Of a DNA stretch of 64,000 nt, positions 46,319 through 55,220 are shown one piece after another. A program made the translations under genes and the position numbers. The notes under the pieces are model-generated. The model saw nothing but the letters and a program-made list of their open reading frames with translations, was not told the DNA's origin and did no database searches. Source of the DNA: Planctomycetaceae bacterium (GTDB lineage: Bacteria; Planctomycetota; Planctomycetia; Planctomycetales; Planctomycetaceae). The stretch spans positions 73,787 to 137,786 of the forward strand of contig JAWKTT010000008.1 in the NCBI GenBank assembly GCA_041398965.1, in the 5' to 3' direction. How positions within the stretch are numbered: position 1 is the stretch's first letter; every line of letters begins with the position of its first letter.

Positions 46319-48993
46319 GTATCAGTCCACATCTCCGCATCGCGTTGATCCTGTCGTCGATGGTGACGTCGGTCATGCTGATGGCTTCGTTTTTTGGTGT
46401 CATCCCAGACTCTCGAAAAAGTGTCGTGGCCAGTCGAGTGCAACTGTGCGAGGCCCTTGCATTGAATGGGGCTTTGGCACTCAGTCGTGATGATGTCGAT
46501 GGACTCAAGGCCGTTCTCGATGCCGTCGTAGCCCGTAACCCCGACGTCGTTTCTGCCGGTTTGCGTCAGGAGGATGGCATCCTGCGCGTCACGGCGGGAG
46601 AACACCCCCTGGAACCGGCCACTTCCCCAACCGACACCGCCGAATCGATGATGATGAAGGTCTCCGTCGGAACATTGGGGGACCAACTCGAAGTTCGCTT
46701 TCAACCGTTGGTCATGTCCGGCATCCGGGGGGCTGTGTTCGACCCGCGCGTTCAGATGGTGGTTCTGGTCGGATCTTGCTGTGCCCTCGGTTTCTGGATC
46801 GTGCTGCGTCGCATCCTCAAGCAACTCGACACCTCCGGTTCCGTGCCGACTCGCGTACGCAGTGCCTTAGACACCCTGACGGAAGGGTTGCTCATCCTGA
46901 ACAAGAACGAACGCATTGTCTTTGCGAACAGTGCCTTCGGCGAAGTCTTCGCAAAGTCGCCCGAACGATTCGTTGGCGACAAGGCGTCGGGCTTTGCCTG
47001 GCGCAGCGGCGAGTCTCGCGTGACTCCCCCCGTCGATTATCCGTGGACCCGAGCACTCCGGGAAAAGCGACCGCAGCCGAATGTCCTGATGCACCTGGAA
47101 GTCAGCGGTGGGGAATTGCGGTCATTCATCGTCAACTGTTCTCCCTTGCTTGGAACCGACGGCACGTATCGCGGGGTCATGGCAAGCTTTGACGAAGTGA
47201 CCCAACTGGAACAAAAGAAGGTAGAACTCAAAATGGCGATGGAGGCGGCCGAGAACGCCAATCAGTCGAAGAGTGACTTCCTCGCCAACATGAGCCACGA
47301 AATCCGCACACCGATGAACGCGATTTTGGGGTTCACCGAAGTGCTGCGTCGCGGTTATGCCGAACGTCCTGAGCAAGTGCTCGACTACCTCGATACGATT
47401 CATGTCAGTGGTTCGCATCTCCTCGAACTCATCAACGACATTCTGGATCTCTCGAAGGTCGAAGCGGGTCAGTTGCAGATCGAGTTGACAGACTGTCATC
47501 CTCATCAGGTTATCTTGGATGCCGTCACCGTGCTGCGGGTGAAGGCTGAAGAGAAAGGGATTTCACTGACCTATCGTTCCGACGGACCGATCCCGGACGT
47601 CATGCAATCCGACCCAACTCGACTCCGGCAGATTGTGACGAACCTTGTCGGAAATGCCGTCAAGTTTACAGAGTCCGGGGGGGTCGAAGTGGTCTCGCGG
47701 TTGGTGCGAATTCAAGGACAAGACGTCTTTGAGCTGGATGTTCGCGACACCGGCATTGGAATGAAAGAGTCGACACTGCAAAACGTCTTCAACCCGTTTG
47801 TGCAGGCCGACAGCTCGGTGACCCGTCGCTTCGGCGGTACCGGACTCGGTCTGGCGATCAGTAAGAAGTTTGCCGAGGCTATGGGGGGAGATATCCGCGT
47901 CACGAGCCAGATCGACGTCGGCTCCTGTTTCACCCTCGCGGTCGCCGTTCCGATCACGGAAGGGGTGACGATGTTGACCGCGGAAGAGGCGATCGCACAA
48001 CGACAGAGCAAACGCCAACGTCCCGTCTCCGTCGAGTCTATGACCCGCCTGAAGCCGTGTCAGATTCTCGTGGTCGACGACGGCGAAGCAAACCGTCAAC
48101 TGTTGCGTCTCGTCCTTCGCCGTGCCGGTGCGACCGTCGTTGAGGCATCAAACGGTCAGGAAGCACTCGATCACTACCTGACGAATACGTTTGATATCGT
48201 CTTTATGGATATGCAGATGCCTGTGATGGATGGCTACACCGCCACGCGCAAACTTCGTGAACAAGGGGTGGGATGCGAAATCATCGCCCTCACCGGGAAC
48301 GCGATGAAGGGAGATGAAGAGAAATGCCGATCCGCAGGGTGCAGCGGCTTCCTCTCGAAGCCCGTGAATATCGATTCGCTATTGGAAGTCGTCGCGGGAA
48401 TCGTTGGTCTGGATGACGCGCCTCAACAGAAAGACGAACAGCGCAACGGGATATTCAACCTCCAACTGACTGGAACTGGTCAAATTGACCTGCAAGGAGA
48501 GTCAACTCCTGCGTCCGATCGCTCGAGCCGATCCCTCGCAATTCCGTTGATTTCAACGGCTCATGAAGCGAGACTCGCATCAGGCGACAGCACCCCTCAT
48601 GCAGTCGAGGCCACTCTGTCCGAAGGGGGCCATCAGATTGAACCTGTGCGATCGAATCACGTCGGACGAGTCCCACTGGTGTCGCGATTGCCTATGGACG
48701 ACATCGACTTCCGCGAGATTGTTCAGGCGTTCATTCCTCGTTTGCAAGAACAGATTGAAGCGATGCGGGACGCCATGAGTACCGGCGACATGGATGGTCT
48801 TGCAGGATTGGCACACTGGCTGAAGGGGGCCGGGGGAACCGTCGGTTTCCCGGAATTCACCGAACCAGCCCGCCAACTCGAACGCCATGCCAAACAAGGG
48901 GACATCCTCCGCGTGGCCGACACCCTGACAGAAATCACCTCCCTCGCCGACTCCATCGAAGTCCCCGACACCCCCTTGGCGACCGTTCACTAA
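46312..48993 (+). CDS. hybrid sensor histidine kinase: 2 TM + periplasmic sensor, PAS, HisKA, HATPase_c, REC, C-terminal Hpt
   Basis: H-box [18 protein letters not shown]; N/G-box [10 protein letters not shown]...[10 protein letters not shown]; REC domain [14 protein letters not shown]...[15 protein letters not shown]...K; Hpt motif [14 protein letters not shown]. The ATG at 46312 overlaps the giant gene's stop codon (ATGTTAA). Confidence 0.9.
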   Translation: MLSISPHLRIALILSSMVTSVMLMASFFGVIPDSRKSVVASRVQLCEALALNGALALSRDDVDGLKAVLDAVVARNPDVVSAGLRQEDGILRVTAGEHPLEPATSPTDTAESMMMKVSVGTLGDQLEVRFQPLVMSGIRGAVFDPRVQMVVLVGSCCALGFWIVLRRILKQLDTSGSVPTRVRSALDTLTEGLLILNKNERIVFANSAFGEVFAKSPERFVGDKASGFAWRSGESRVTPPVDYPWTRALREKRPQPNVLMHLEVSGGELRSFIVNCSPLLGTDGTYRGVMASFDEVTQLEQKKVELKMAMEAAENANQSKSDFLANMSHEIRTPMNAILGFTEVLRRGYAERPEQVLDYLDTIHVSGSHLLELINDILDLSKVEAGQLQIELTDCHPHQVILDAVTVLRVKAEEKGISLTYRSDGPIPDVMQSDPTRLRQIVTNLVGNAVKFTESGGVEVVSRLVRIQGQDVFELDVRDTGIGMKESTLQNVFNPFVQADSSVTRRFGGTGLGLAISKKFAEAMGGDIRVTSQIDVGSCFTLAVAVPITEGVTMLTAEEAIAQRQSKRQRPVSVESMTRLKPCQILVVDDGEANRQLLRLVLRRAGATVVEASNGQEALDHYLTNTFDIVFMDMQMPVMDGYTATRKLREQGVGCEIIALTGNAMKGDEEKCRSAGCSGFLSKPVNIDSLLEVVAGIVGLDDAPQQKDEQRNGIFNLQLTGTGQIDLQGESTPASDRSSRSLAIPLISTAHEARLASGDSTPHAVEATLSEGGHQIEPVRSNHVGRVPLVSRLPMDDIDFREIVQAFIPRLQEQIEAMRDAMSTGDMDGLAGLAHWLKGAGGTVGFPEFTEPARQLERHAKQGDILRVADTLTEITSLADSIEVPDTPLATVH

Positions 48994-49005
48994 TCGTTTG
49001 GAATT

Positions 49006-49033
49006 CGTTTCGTCCGGAATTTCGAGACGAACG
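49006..49033. terminator. possible bidirectional hairpin terminator between the convergent kinase gene and the HNH gene
   Basis: CGTTTCGTC, loop cggaatttcga, then GACGAACG, about 12 nt after the kinase stop. Weak T-tract. Confidence 0.3.
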
Positions 49034-49121
49034 ATTTCAGCGCTGCCCCGCAAATACCTTTGTCGAGCGGAATTAATGTTTACGCCATTTCGGGACAACT
49101 AAGCGTTCGCCTGTATGCGGG

Positions 49122-49883
49122 CTAAGTTAGGATGCTCAGAAAAGTGTGATACGGTTCATCCCTATTTCCTGGTCCAAGGAAGCAGTAGTCGGCAACGTCG
49201 GGTTGGAATGGGGCTTTCAGCCAAGCTTTGCGGCGTTGTTTGAGTTGTGCTTTGCTCAACTTTCCCTGTTGATATAGCTGTACGGCGTCACGCACTTGCT
49301 GTTTGAGTTCTCGCAGTCGAAGTTGTCGGGATTCCTGGAGAGCCTGGCGATCAAGTTTAAGAATTTCTTGCGTCTTCACGGCCCGTGGGTCCAAGTCATT
49401 CAAGTCGGTTCTCCAACGGGGTGATAGGTTGCCAAACTCGTCGACGTAGAAGAAATCCCAGACGTTCTCTTCGCAGGGATTAATTAGTTTCGGTCCCGGT
49501 TCGGTGTCTGGGGGGAAACGGTTGGACTTAAATCGATTGCAGATAGTGCAAGACCAGAGGAAGTTGTCCCAGGTCATTGCGAGGTGGGGGAAGATGGATT
49601 TCGGCTGGAAGTGTTCGACATCGGACGATTCGCTGCCGCTGCAAAACATGCAACGTTCGCCCGCTCCAGACATCGTTCGCAAGGCATTGACTACTTCCTG
49701 AAACCACTGCGGATTGCTGCTGCGGGCGCTGCTGTAAATGCTGTCGGCCTTCCCTTTTGGGTCTGAATCGACCACGATCTGAGCCGTCTTTTCGGCGAGT
49801 TTCTTGATCGAGGTTGCCGGAAGGCTGGGGCGTTTCTTCAATTTTCGCATCGTTCTATTTGTCCCCAATCTCGTGAGGATCAA
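49122..49883 (-). CDS. HNH endonuclease, PtuB-like (Septu system component B)
   Basis: CMFCSGSESSDVEHFQPKS...WDNFLWSCTICNRFKSN has CxxC...H...N...CxxC HNH/zinc-finger geometry. About 250 aa. Overlaps the upstream ATPase gene by 29 nt. Confidence 0.75.
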   Translation of the reverse strand: MILTRLGTNRTMRKLKKRPSLPATSIKKLAEKTAQIVVDSDPKGKADSIYSSARSSNPQWFQEVVNALRTMSGAGERCMFCSGSESSDVEHFQPKSIFPHLAMTWDNFLWSCTICNRFKSNRFPPDTEPGPKLINPCEENVWDFFYVDEFGNLSPRWRTDLNDLDPRAVKTQEILKLDRQALQESRQLRLRELKQQVRDAVQLYQQGKLSKAQLKQRRKAWLKAPFQPDVADYCFLGPGNRDEPYHTFLSILT

Positions 49884-51195
49884 GCATCACGGCCTGTAAC
49901 TTCTGGGCAAGTCGCTGGTGACTCTTCTCTTCCGAGGTGGTGAGCCTTGCGCCAGCATGTTTCTTGGCGTCCAATCGCTTCCACTTCTCAATTTGGTCGT
50001 TTGCCCACTGAGAACGCGTCGTGCTCAGACCAAAGGCGACACCGAGGACGGTCTTGTGGGCGCTCCCCCAGATGACACGATCGTACTCTGCGGAAGAAAG
50101 CTGTCTGGGTTGCTGGTTGACATCGTCTCGAGAGGGGAGCAGAAAGACTCCATTCCTGTCGGCGGCCTGTGCCACGAGTGGGCTGTGAGTTGTCACAATG
50201 AACTGGATGTTCGGAAACCGACTCTTGAGCCAGAGTGGCAACTCTCGTTGCCATGTCGGATGTAGGTGGGCTTCAACCTCGTCAATTAGTACGACGCCCG
50301 GGACCGGCACTGTGACGTGTCCTTCGCTGTCGGTTTTGAACAGCTCTTCGCTGCCATAAACCTCATACAGGCCATGAACGAGATCGAGCACCGTAGCGTA
50401 CACACCGCGACATCCATCACTGATTTCCCGCATCGGGAGCTTAGTCCCTTTCGAGTCGGTCACAAAGACGTGATCCACGGTAATTTCGTCAATCTTCATG
50501 CCATACGGAAGAAGCCCATCGCTCAGAAGCATTTTTACCCCCTGAGTCAGTAGGTCGATTTGGTCTCGATCCGATCGACGAAGTTCCAACGAGCGTGAAT
50601 GCATCTTCTTGAGCCATTCTTCACTCTCACTCAGCGCGGCATCTTCTCGAAACAGCGTCACATAGCGGGCAACCGCGCCACCGGTGACCGTGTGTCGAAT
50701 GGACTCGGAAGAACTTCCCGACAGGCGACGCATCGGCCCGAAACCAGTCGAGAACCAACCTTGGGCATTCGGATCCCACAGTCCACGCTGCGCCGTCTTG
50801 ATTCGATTGTTCGCAGGATTGCGATACTCGATCTCTCGAAACGAAGGGGTCTCCCCGAGCTTATCAATCTCCCATTCGACCCCCGCCTTAAACTCCGTCG
50901 TTGTATTTCCTCTTTGCTTCCATTGATCCAATTTTGGATCAGCCACGATACCGACTTCGGCTGACGCTCGCAGGCAGTCACGACGAATCCAACCGGGACT
51001 CAAACCGGCGAGCTGGACACCCGCTTCGGGGCCGAGTAATCCCAATGCGATCCCCTTGAGAACCGTCGACTTTCCCGATGCGTTTCCGCCGACGATCACT
51101 GTCCAACCGGAGTAGGTGTTCCTAGGACGCTCGAAATGAAAATTGAGACTCTCGAATCCTCGAACATCCTTAAACTTGACGTCACTTACGTACAT
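49855..51195 (-). CDS. AAA_21/ABC-like ATPase, PtuA-like (Septu system component A)
   Basis: Walker A GWTVIVGGNASGKSTVLKGIAL close to the N-terminus; Walker B/D-loop VVLIDEVEAHLHP; H-loop FIVTTHSP. 446 aa. Confidence 0.75.
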   Translation of the reverse strand: MYVSDVKFKDVRGFESLNFHFERPRNTYSGWTVIVGGNASGKSTVLKGIALGLLGPEAGVQLAGLSPGWIRRDCLRASAEVGIVADPKLDQWKQRGNTTTEFKAGVEWEIDKLGETPSFREIEYRNPANNRIKTAQRGLWDPNAQGWFSTGFGPMRRLSGSSSESIRHTVTGGAVARYVTLFREDAALSESEEWLKKMHSRSLELRRSDRDQIDLLTQGVKMLLSDGLLPYGMKIDEITVDHVFVTDSKGTKLPMREISDGCRGVYATVLDLVHGLYEVYGSEELFKTDSEGHVTVPVPGVVLIDEVEAHLHPTWQRELPLWLKSRFPNIQFIVTTHSPLVAQAADRNGVFLLPSRDDVNQQPRQLSSAEYDRVIWGSAHKTVLGVAFGLSTTRSQWANDQIEKWKRLDAKKHAGARLTTSEEKSHQRLAQKLQAVMLDPHEIGDK

Positions 51196-51527
51196 CCATC
51201 CGCTCCATAAGTGCTCACAATCATGCTGGCATCGTCACGAAGCTGTTGCGCCGCTGACATGCTCTCAGCCTTCGCAGGGGAAATCAACGCAAACGTGCGA
51301 AGTTGGACGTCACCCCTCTCCGGACTGACGAGGCGTCCCCTGTCTCTCACTTGATCCCATCGTCCCTAAAGGTGCGGAGTGAATACTATCACATGCGAGT
51401 CAGCAAGCAATTGTTGGTTCGTTCTTTTGACAGGCACGAACACCCTGACGAACACGGTGCATTCGTCTCAGGTTGCATGCTGTACGGATTCTCTGGTGAT
51501 GCCTTTGGAATGGGGTTCGTTGTGATG

Positions 51528-53630
51528 CTATCGATAGTCTCTCAGTTTCTGAATCAGATTCGCTGTCGTTTCTGATTCGTCGCAGAGTTTTCGGTACTCT
51601 TCGCGTGTGGGGCAATTGAGGGTGTCGAGTTCGATGGTGACGAACTCGTCGATCGCGATGAGGTACGTCGTCGAGTGGACGTCCCCCTCAAACTTCTCCC
51701 AGGGTTGGCCGGAGTTGAGTCGGCGGAGCTTCGGGAGATGTCCCGGCTCGAATTTGACGTCGAGTCGAGCCAGTCGGACACCCGCAGTCCCCCAGAGTTG
51801 CGTTCGGCCTTCGATGAGGTTGACTGCGATGGGGACGATCACGCGAGTATCGACGGCCATGTCGAGGTCTTCCTGGAAATGGGTGAGCCAATCAAGTGCA
51901 AGGCGTCGCGCTTCTTGAGCGTTCGCGAGTTCGTCATCGAGGAGATCAACCGGGAGGCCAATGTCTTCGATACTAATCAGGTAGAAGCCGTAGAATCGGA
52001 GGCGTTGCTCGTCGAGTTCTTTCCAAAGGTTGAGTTCGCGGGCCCCGGATTCGCGGAGACCGTGAATTTTCGTCAGGTTGTCCTCGCCGATCATCGCCTG
52101 CAAGTACGCCTGTAGAAATGCATAGCTCCGAGCCATGCGGAGATAGTAGGTGGCAGTCGGCTCCAGCCGCAGGGCTGGGGCGAGTTGTGGTGGGGGATCG
52201 TAATGATAGTCGCCAGGGGCGTCAGATCCCGCTTTTCCCGCTTCGGCGAGTTGTCGGACATGGGTCTCGCGATGCTTTGTAATGAGTGACGCGAAGGCAT
52301 CGAACATCCGTTGTTTATACTTTGCGGAGAGGAGGAGTTTACTCGACTCGGTTCCCCGTTCCGGAAGGAGCATGGTTTCCAGGGCATGGCACTGGTAGTC
52401 GTACCATCCACTCGCCAAGGGGGTCCCTGGGGGATGTGGTGTGAGGTCGACTTTGCCGCTGCGAATCGCACGGATTAGTTCCCCCATGAGATCGGTCCCT
52501 TCGGGAAATCCGAGGGGGAAGAGGCGGTCAAAGAGTCGCTGTTCGCGGCTCGTCGACGGGGGAAACAGGGCATAGGCCGGTTGTAATCCCTGTTTGAATC
52601 GAGACTCGCTGAGAGCATGTTTCTGGGCATCGAGATCAGAGAACGCGGTGACCGGAAGTGCGTAGGGAGCGTTGGTGAGATTCGAGTAAAGGTTAATCAG
52701 GCTAAGATAGTCGGCTCGTAACTTAGGGTCCGCTTCGAGGAGTTGGTTCAGGGAACTGGGAATGATCTCGGCCCGACTGTCGCCGATGATGAAAGGGTGC
52801 TGGAAGAACTTTAAGAAGCGATAACACTGCTGTAGCTTCGGAGTCCAGTTGTAGAAACCTAATGGTTTCGACTGAAGCGGCGACCTATGGAATTCGTCAA
52901 GATATTTCTGTTTGGTCGCCTTGTCAGTGACGTCGAAGCTGATATCGGCGAGTTCGAGGCCCGCAGCAAGGAATGGTGCGGCGGGATCGTCGGGACCGGC
53001 CGCGTTTGCTAATCGTTGAACGACATCGACATAGCTTACAAACCCTTCTTGGTCGAGTGAGAAACCGGCAAGGTCGATGGCGGCATAGAGGCCATCGTCG
53101 AATAGTTTCGCTTGCCCATCAATGAGGTTCACCGAGGGGAGCACCTTGCGATTCTTGATGGCGTCGGCATAGCTGGCTCGCAGTCTTAATAGGTCGGCAT
53201 CTCTGTCGGGCTTTAATGTCGGGAGGTCGAGGCGAAACAACGTTTGACTGAAATTTAACTCCCAGTCCCCTTGAGCGTCGGATAGGTTGGCATCGTCGAC
53301 AGGACCGGGGGGCGACATCGGTCGACGGCCCGGACGTGGGACCGGGAGCGTGATGGAGTGGACCAGCGTGGGATCAAATGGGGGAATCTTCGAAGCGACG
53401 ACGGCATCATCGGAAAATGAGAACTTCTTCGGCGGTTCTTTGTATTCCGTTCGCTCGGACTCGTATTCTTCATACTCGATGCCATCCCTCTTGAAGCGTT
53501 TGACGACAGGAGGACTGTTCGGAGAAAGTTCGTTGTTCTTCACAGGTTCTTGATCGGAATCGCAGCCGGTCAGTCCGATCATGGCGACCAACATCGACCA
53601 AAGGAATGATGGAAAATTACGCCGTGTCAT
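51528..53630 (-). CDS. 700-aa predicted lipoprotein of unknown function
   Basis: Signal peptide MTRRNFPSFLWSMLVAMIGLTGC with a lipobox LTGC. Mixed alpha/beta content and no catalytic motif recognised; possibly a DUF3160-like protein, but this is a guess. Confidence 0.65.
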   Translation of the reverse strand: MTRRNFPSFLWSMLVAMIGLTGCDSDQEPVKNNELSPNSPPVVKRFKRDGIEYEEYESERTEYKEPPKKFSFSDDAVVASKIPPFDPTLVHSITLPVPRPGRRPMSPPGPVDDANLSDAQGDWELNFSQTLFRLDLPTLKPDRDADLLRLRASYADAIKNRKVLPSVNLIDGQAKLFDDGLYAAIDLAGFSLDQEGFVSYVDVVQRLANAAGPDDPAAPFLAAGLELADISFDVTDKATKQKYLDEFHRSPLQSKPLGFYNWTPKLQQCYRFLKFFQHPFIIGDSRAEIIPSSLNQLLEADPKLRADYLSLINLYSNLTNAPYALPVTAFSDLDAQKHALSESRFKQGLQPAYALFPPSTSREQRLFDRLFPLGFPEGTDLMGELIRAIRSGKVDLTPHPPGTPLASGWYDYQCHALETMLLPERGTESSKLLLSAKYKQRMFDAFASLITKHRETHVRQLAEAGKAGSDAPGDYHYDPPPQLAPALRLEPTATYYLRMARSYAFLQAYLQAMIGEDNLTKIHGLRESGARELNLWKELDEQRLRFYGFYLISIEDIGLPVDLLDDELANAQEARRLALDWLTHFQEDLDMAVDTRVIVPIAVNLIEGRTQLWGTAGVRLARLDVKFEPGHLPKLRRLNSGQPWEKFEGDVHSTTYLIAIDEFVTIELDTLNCPTREEYRKLCDESETTANLIQKLRDYR

Positions 53631-53903
53631 GACCCTGCTCCAATAACGAGAGGACGGTTTGGTGAGACTTCAAGTCTGACTGGGATTCCGGTTTGACGCG
53701 ATTCGAGGAACGAAAGTTCCCGGAGATCGGTGCGGCTTGTCGGAAACGACGTCATGATACCGCAACTTCCGAGGAAAGGTGGAATGGATACGGGAGAAGG
53801 GTGTGATATCATCCGCTGCCGAATCGAGAATGGCATGTCTCCTGGCGTTTGAAGAGTTCGAGTGGTCGACAATTGCAATGAGGCGGAAAGCGAATCATGT
53901 GTC

Positions 53904-54629
53904 ATGAGTAATCAAGTGATGATGCGACGAGACATGCGATGTTATGTGGCCGAGGCAATCGGGACGTTTGCGTTGGTGTTCGCCGGGACGGGTGCGATTG
54001 TCATTAACGATTTTAGCGGCGGCGGGGTGACGTCTGTCGGCATCTCGCTGACGTTCGGGTTGATCGTGATGGCGATGATCTATGCCGTTGGCGATATCTC
54101 CGGGGCCCATCTCAATCCAGCGGTGACGCTCTCGTTTTGGGCATCGGGACGGTTCTCGGCCAGGCGGGTCGTGCCCTATGTTGCCAGCCAGTTGATCGGG
54201 GCGTTTCTGGCGAGTGGGCTGCTGCGGTTGCTGTTTGTCGACCATCCCAACCTGGGGGCGACGTTGCCTGCGGGGTCATGGTCGCAGTCCTTCGTGTTAG
54301 AAGTCGTGCTGACGTTCTTTCTGATGTTCGTGATTCTCAATGTCTCGATGGAGGGCAAGGAGTGCGGGTTGATGGCGGGGATTGCTATTGGGGGGGTGGT
54401 CGCGTTGGAGGCGATGTTCGCGGGGCCAGTCTGCGGGGCGTCGATGAATCCGGCCCGGTCGATTGCCCCGGCTGTTGTCAGTGGCGAACTGCGGGACTTT
54501 TGGGTTTATTTGATCGCTCCAACGTTGGGGGCATCGCTCGCAATCCCTGCTTGGCGAGCGATACAGGATGACGAAAACGGTCCCGCTGGGGCCATCACCT
54601 CTAAGGAAGAGCAATGCCACGTGTCTTGA
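53904..54629 (+). CDS. MIP-family channel (aquaporin/aquaglyceroporin), likely an arsenite-permeable AqpS-like protein given context
   Basis: Two NPA boxes (GAHLNPAVT and SMNPARS) and six TM helices. The 3' end overlaps arsC by 16 nt. Confidence 0.88.
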   Translation: MSNQVMMRRDMRCYVAEAIGTFALVFAGTGAIVINDFSGGGVTSVGISLTFGLIVMAMIYAVGDISGAHLNPAVTLSFWASGRFSARRVVPYVASQLIGAFLASGLLRLLFVDHPNLGATLPAGSWSQSFVLEVVLTFFLMFVILNVSMEGKECGLMAGIAIGGVVALEAMFAGPVCGASMNPARSIAPAVVSGELRDFWVYLIAPTLGASLAIPAWRAIQDDENGPAGAITSKEEQCHVS

Positions 54630-55030
54630 TTTTGTGTACTGGAAACTCCTGTCGATCTCAGATGGCCGAAGCGTTATGGGAGTCGCTGGGGCAGGGGGAG
54701 TGGGAGTCCGAGTCAGCCGGGTCGAAGCCCTCGGGCTATGTGCATCCACTGGCCATCCGAGCGATGCAGGAGTTAGAGATCGACATCTCGCAGCATGCCA
54801 GCAAGTCACTCGACCTGTTTCGAGATCAGGAGTTCGACTTGGTGGTCACTGTATGTGACAACGCCAAGGAATCGTGCCCGGTGTTCGCAGGGGCAAAGCA
54901 GACACTCCACTGGCCTTTCGACGATCCTGCCGACGCGACAGGAAGTGAAGAGGAGCAGATGGTCTTCTTTCGTCGCGTTCGAGATGAGATTCGGTCAACG
55001 ATTCAGGGTTATCTCAACTCACTCGATTGA
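54614..55030 (+). CDS. arsC: arsenate reductase, low-molecular-weight phosphatase (thioredoxin-coupled) type
   Basis: P-loop CTGNSCRS (CX5R) at residues 9-16 plus Cys pair VCDNAKESCP, which correspond to Cys82/Cys89 of Bacillus ArsC. AAGGAAG lies upstream of the ATG. Confidence 0.88.
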   Translation: MPRVLILCTGNSCRSQMAEALWESLGQGEWESESAGSKPSGYVHPLAIRAMQELEIDISQHASKSLDLFRDQEFDLVVTVCDNAKESCPVFAGAKQTLHWPFDDPADATGSEEEQMVFFRRVRDEIRSTIQGYLNSLD

Positions 55031-55220
55031 ATCGGGCCAGAACGTCTGTGATCGAGTTCTGCGGAGAGAAGGTCGGGAGTTCGTGAACTGTTTGAAGATT
55101 GGATGGCGCAATGAAAAAAGCACGGTCTCCAAGAATCTGGAGACCGTGCCTGGTTTCGAACCCGTTTCGATCATCGCCGAGGATCAGCCTCGTGGTGGCG
55201 ACACCGACGATGAGCGGGAA

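Noticed and set aside
49150-49175. GGAAGCAG string reminiscent of the SRP RNA conserved domain
   Set aside because: It lies inside and antisense to the HNH gene, lacks the flanking helix-8 pairing, and is too short to be meaningful.
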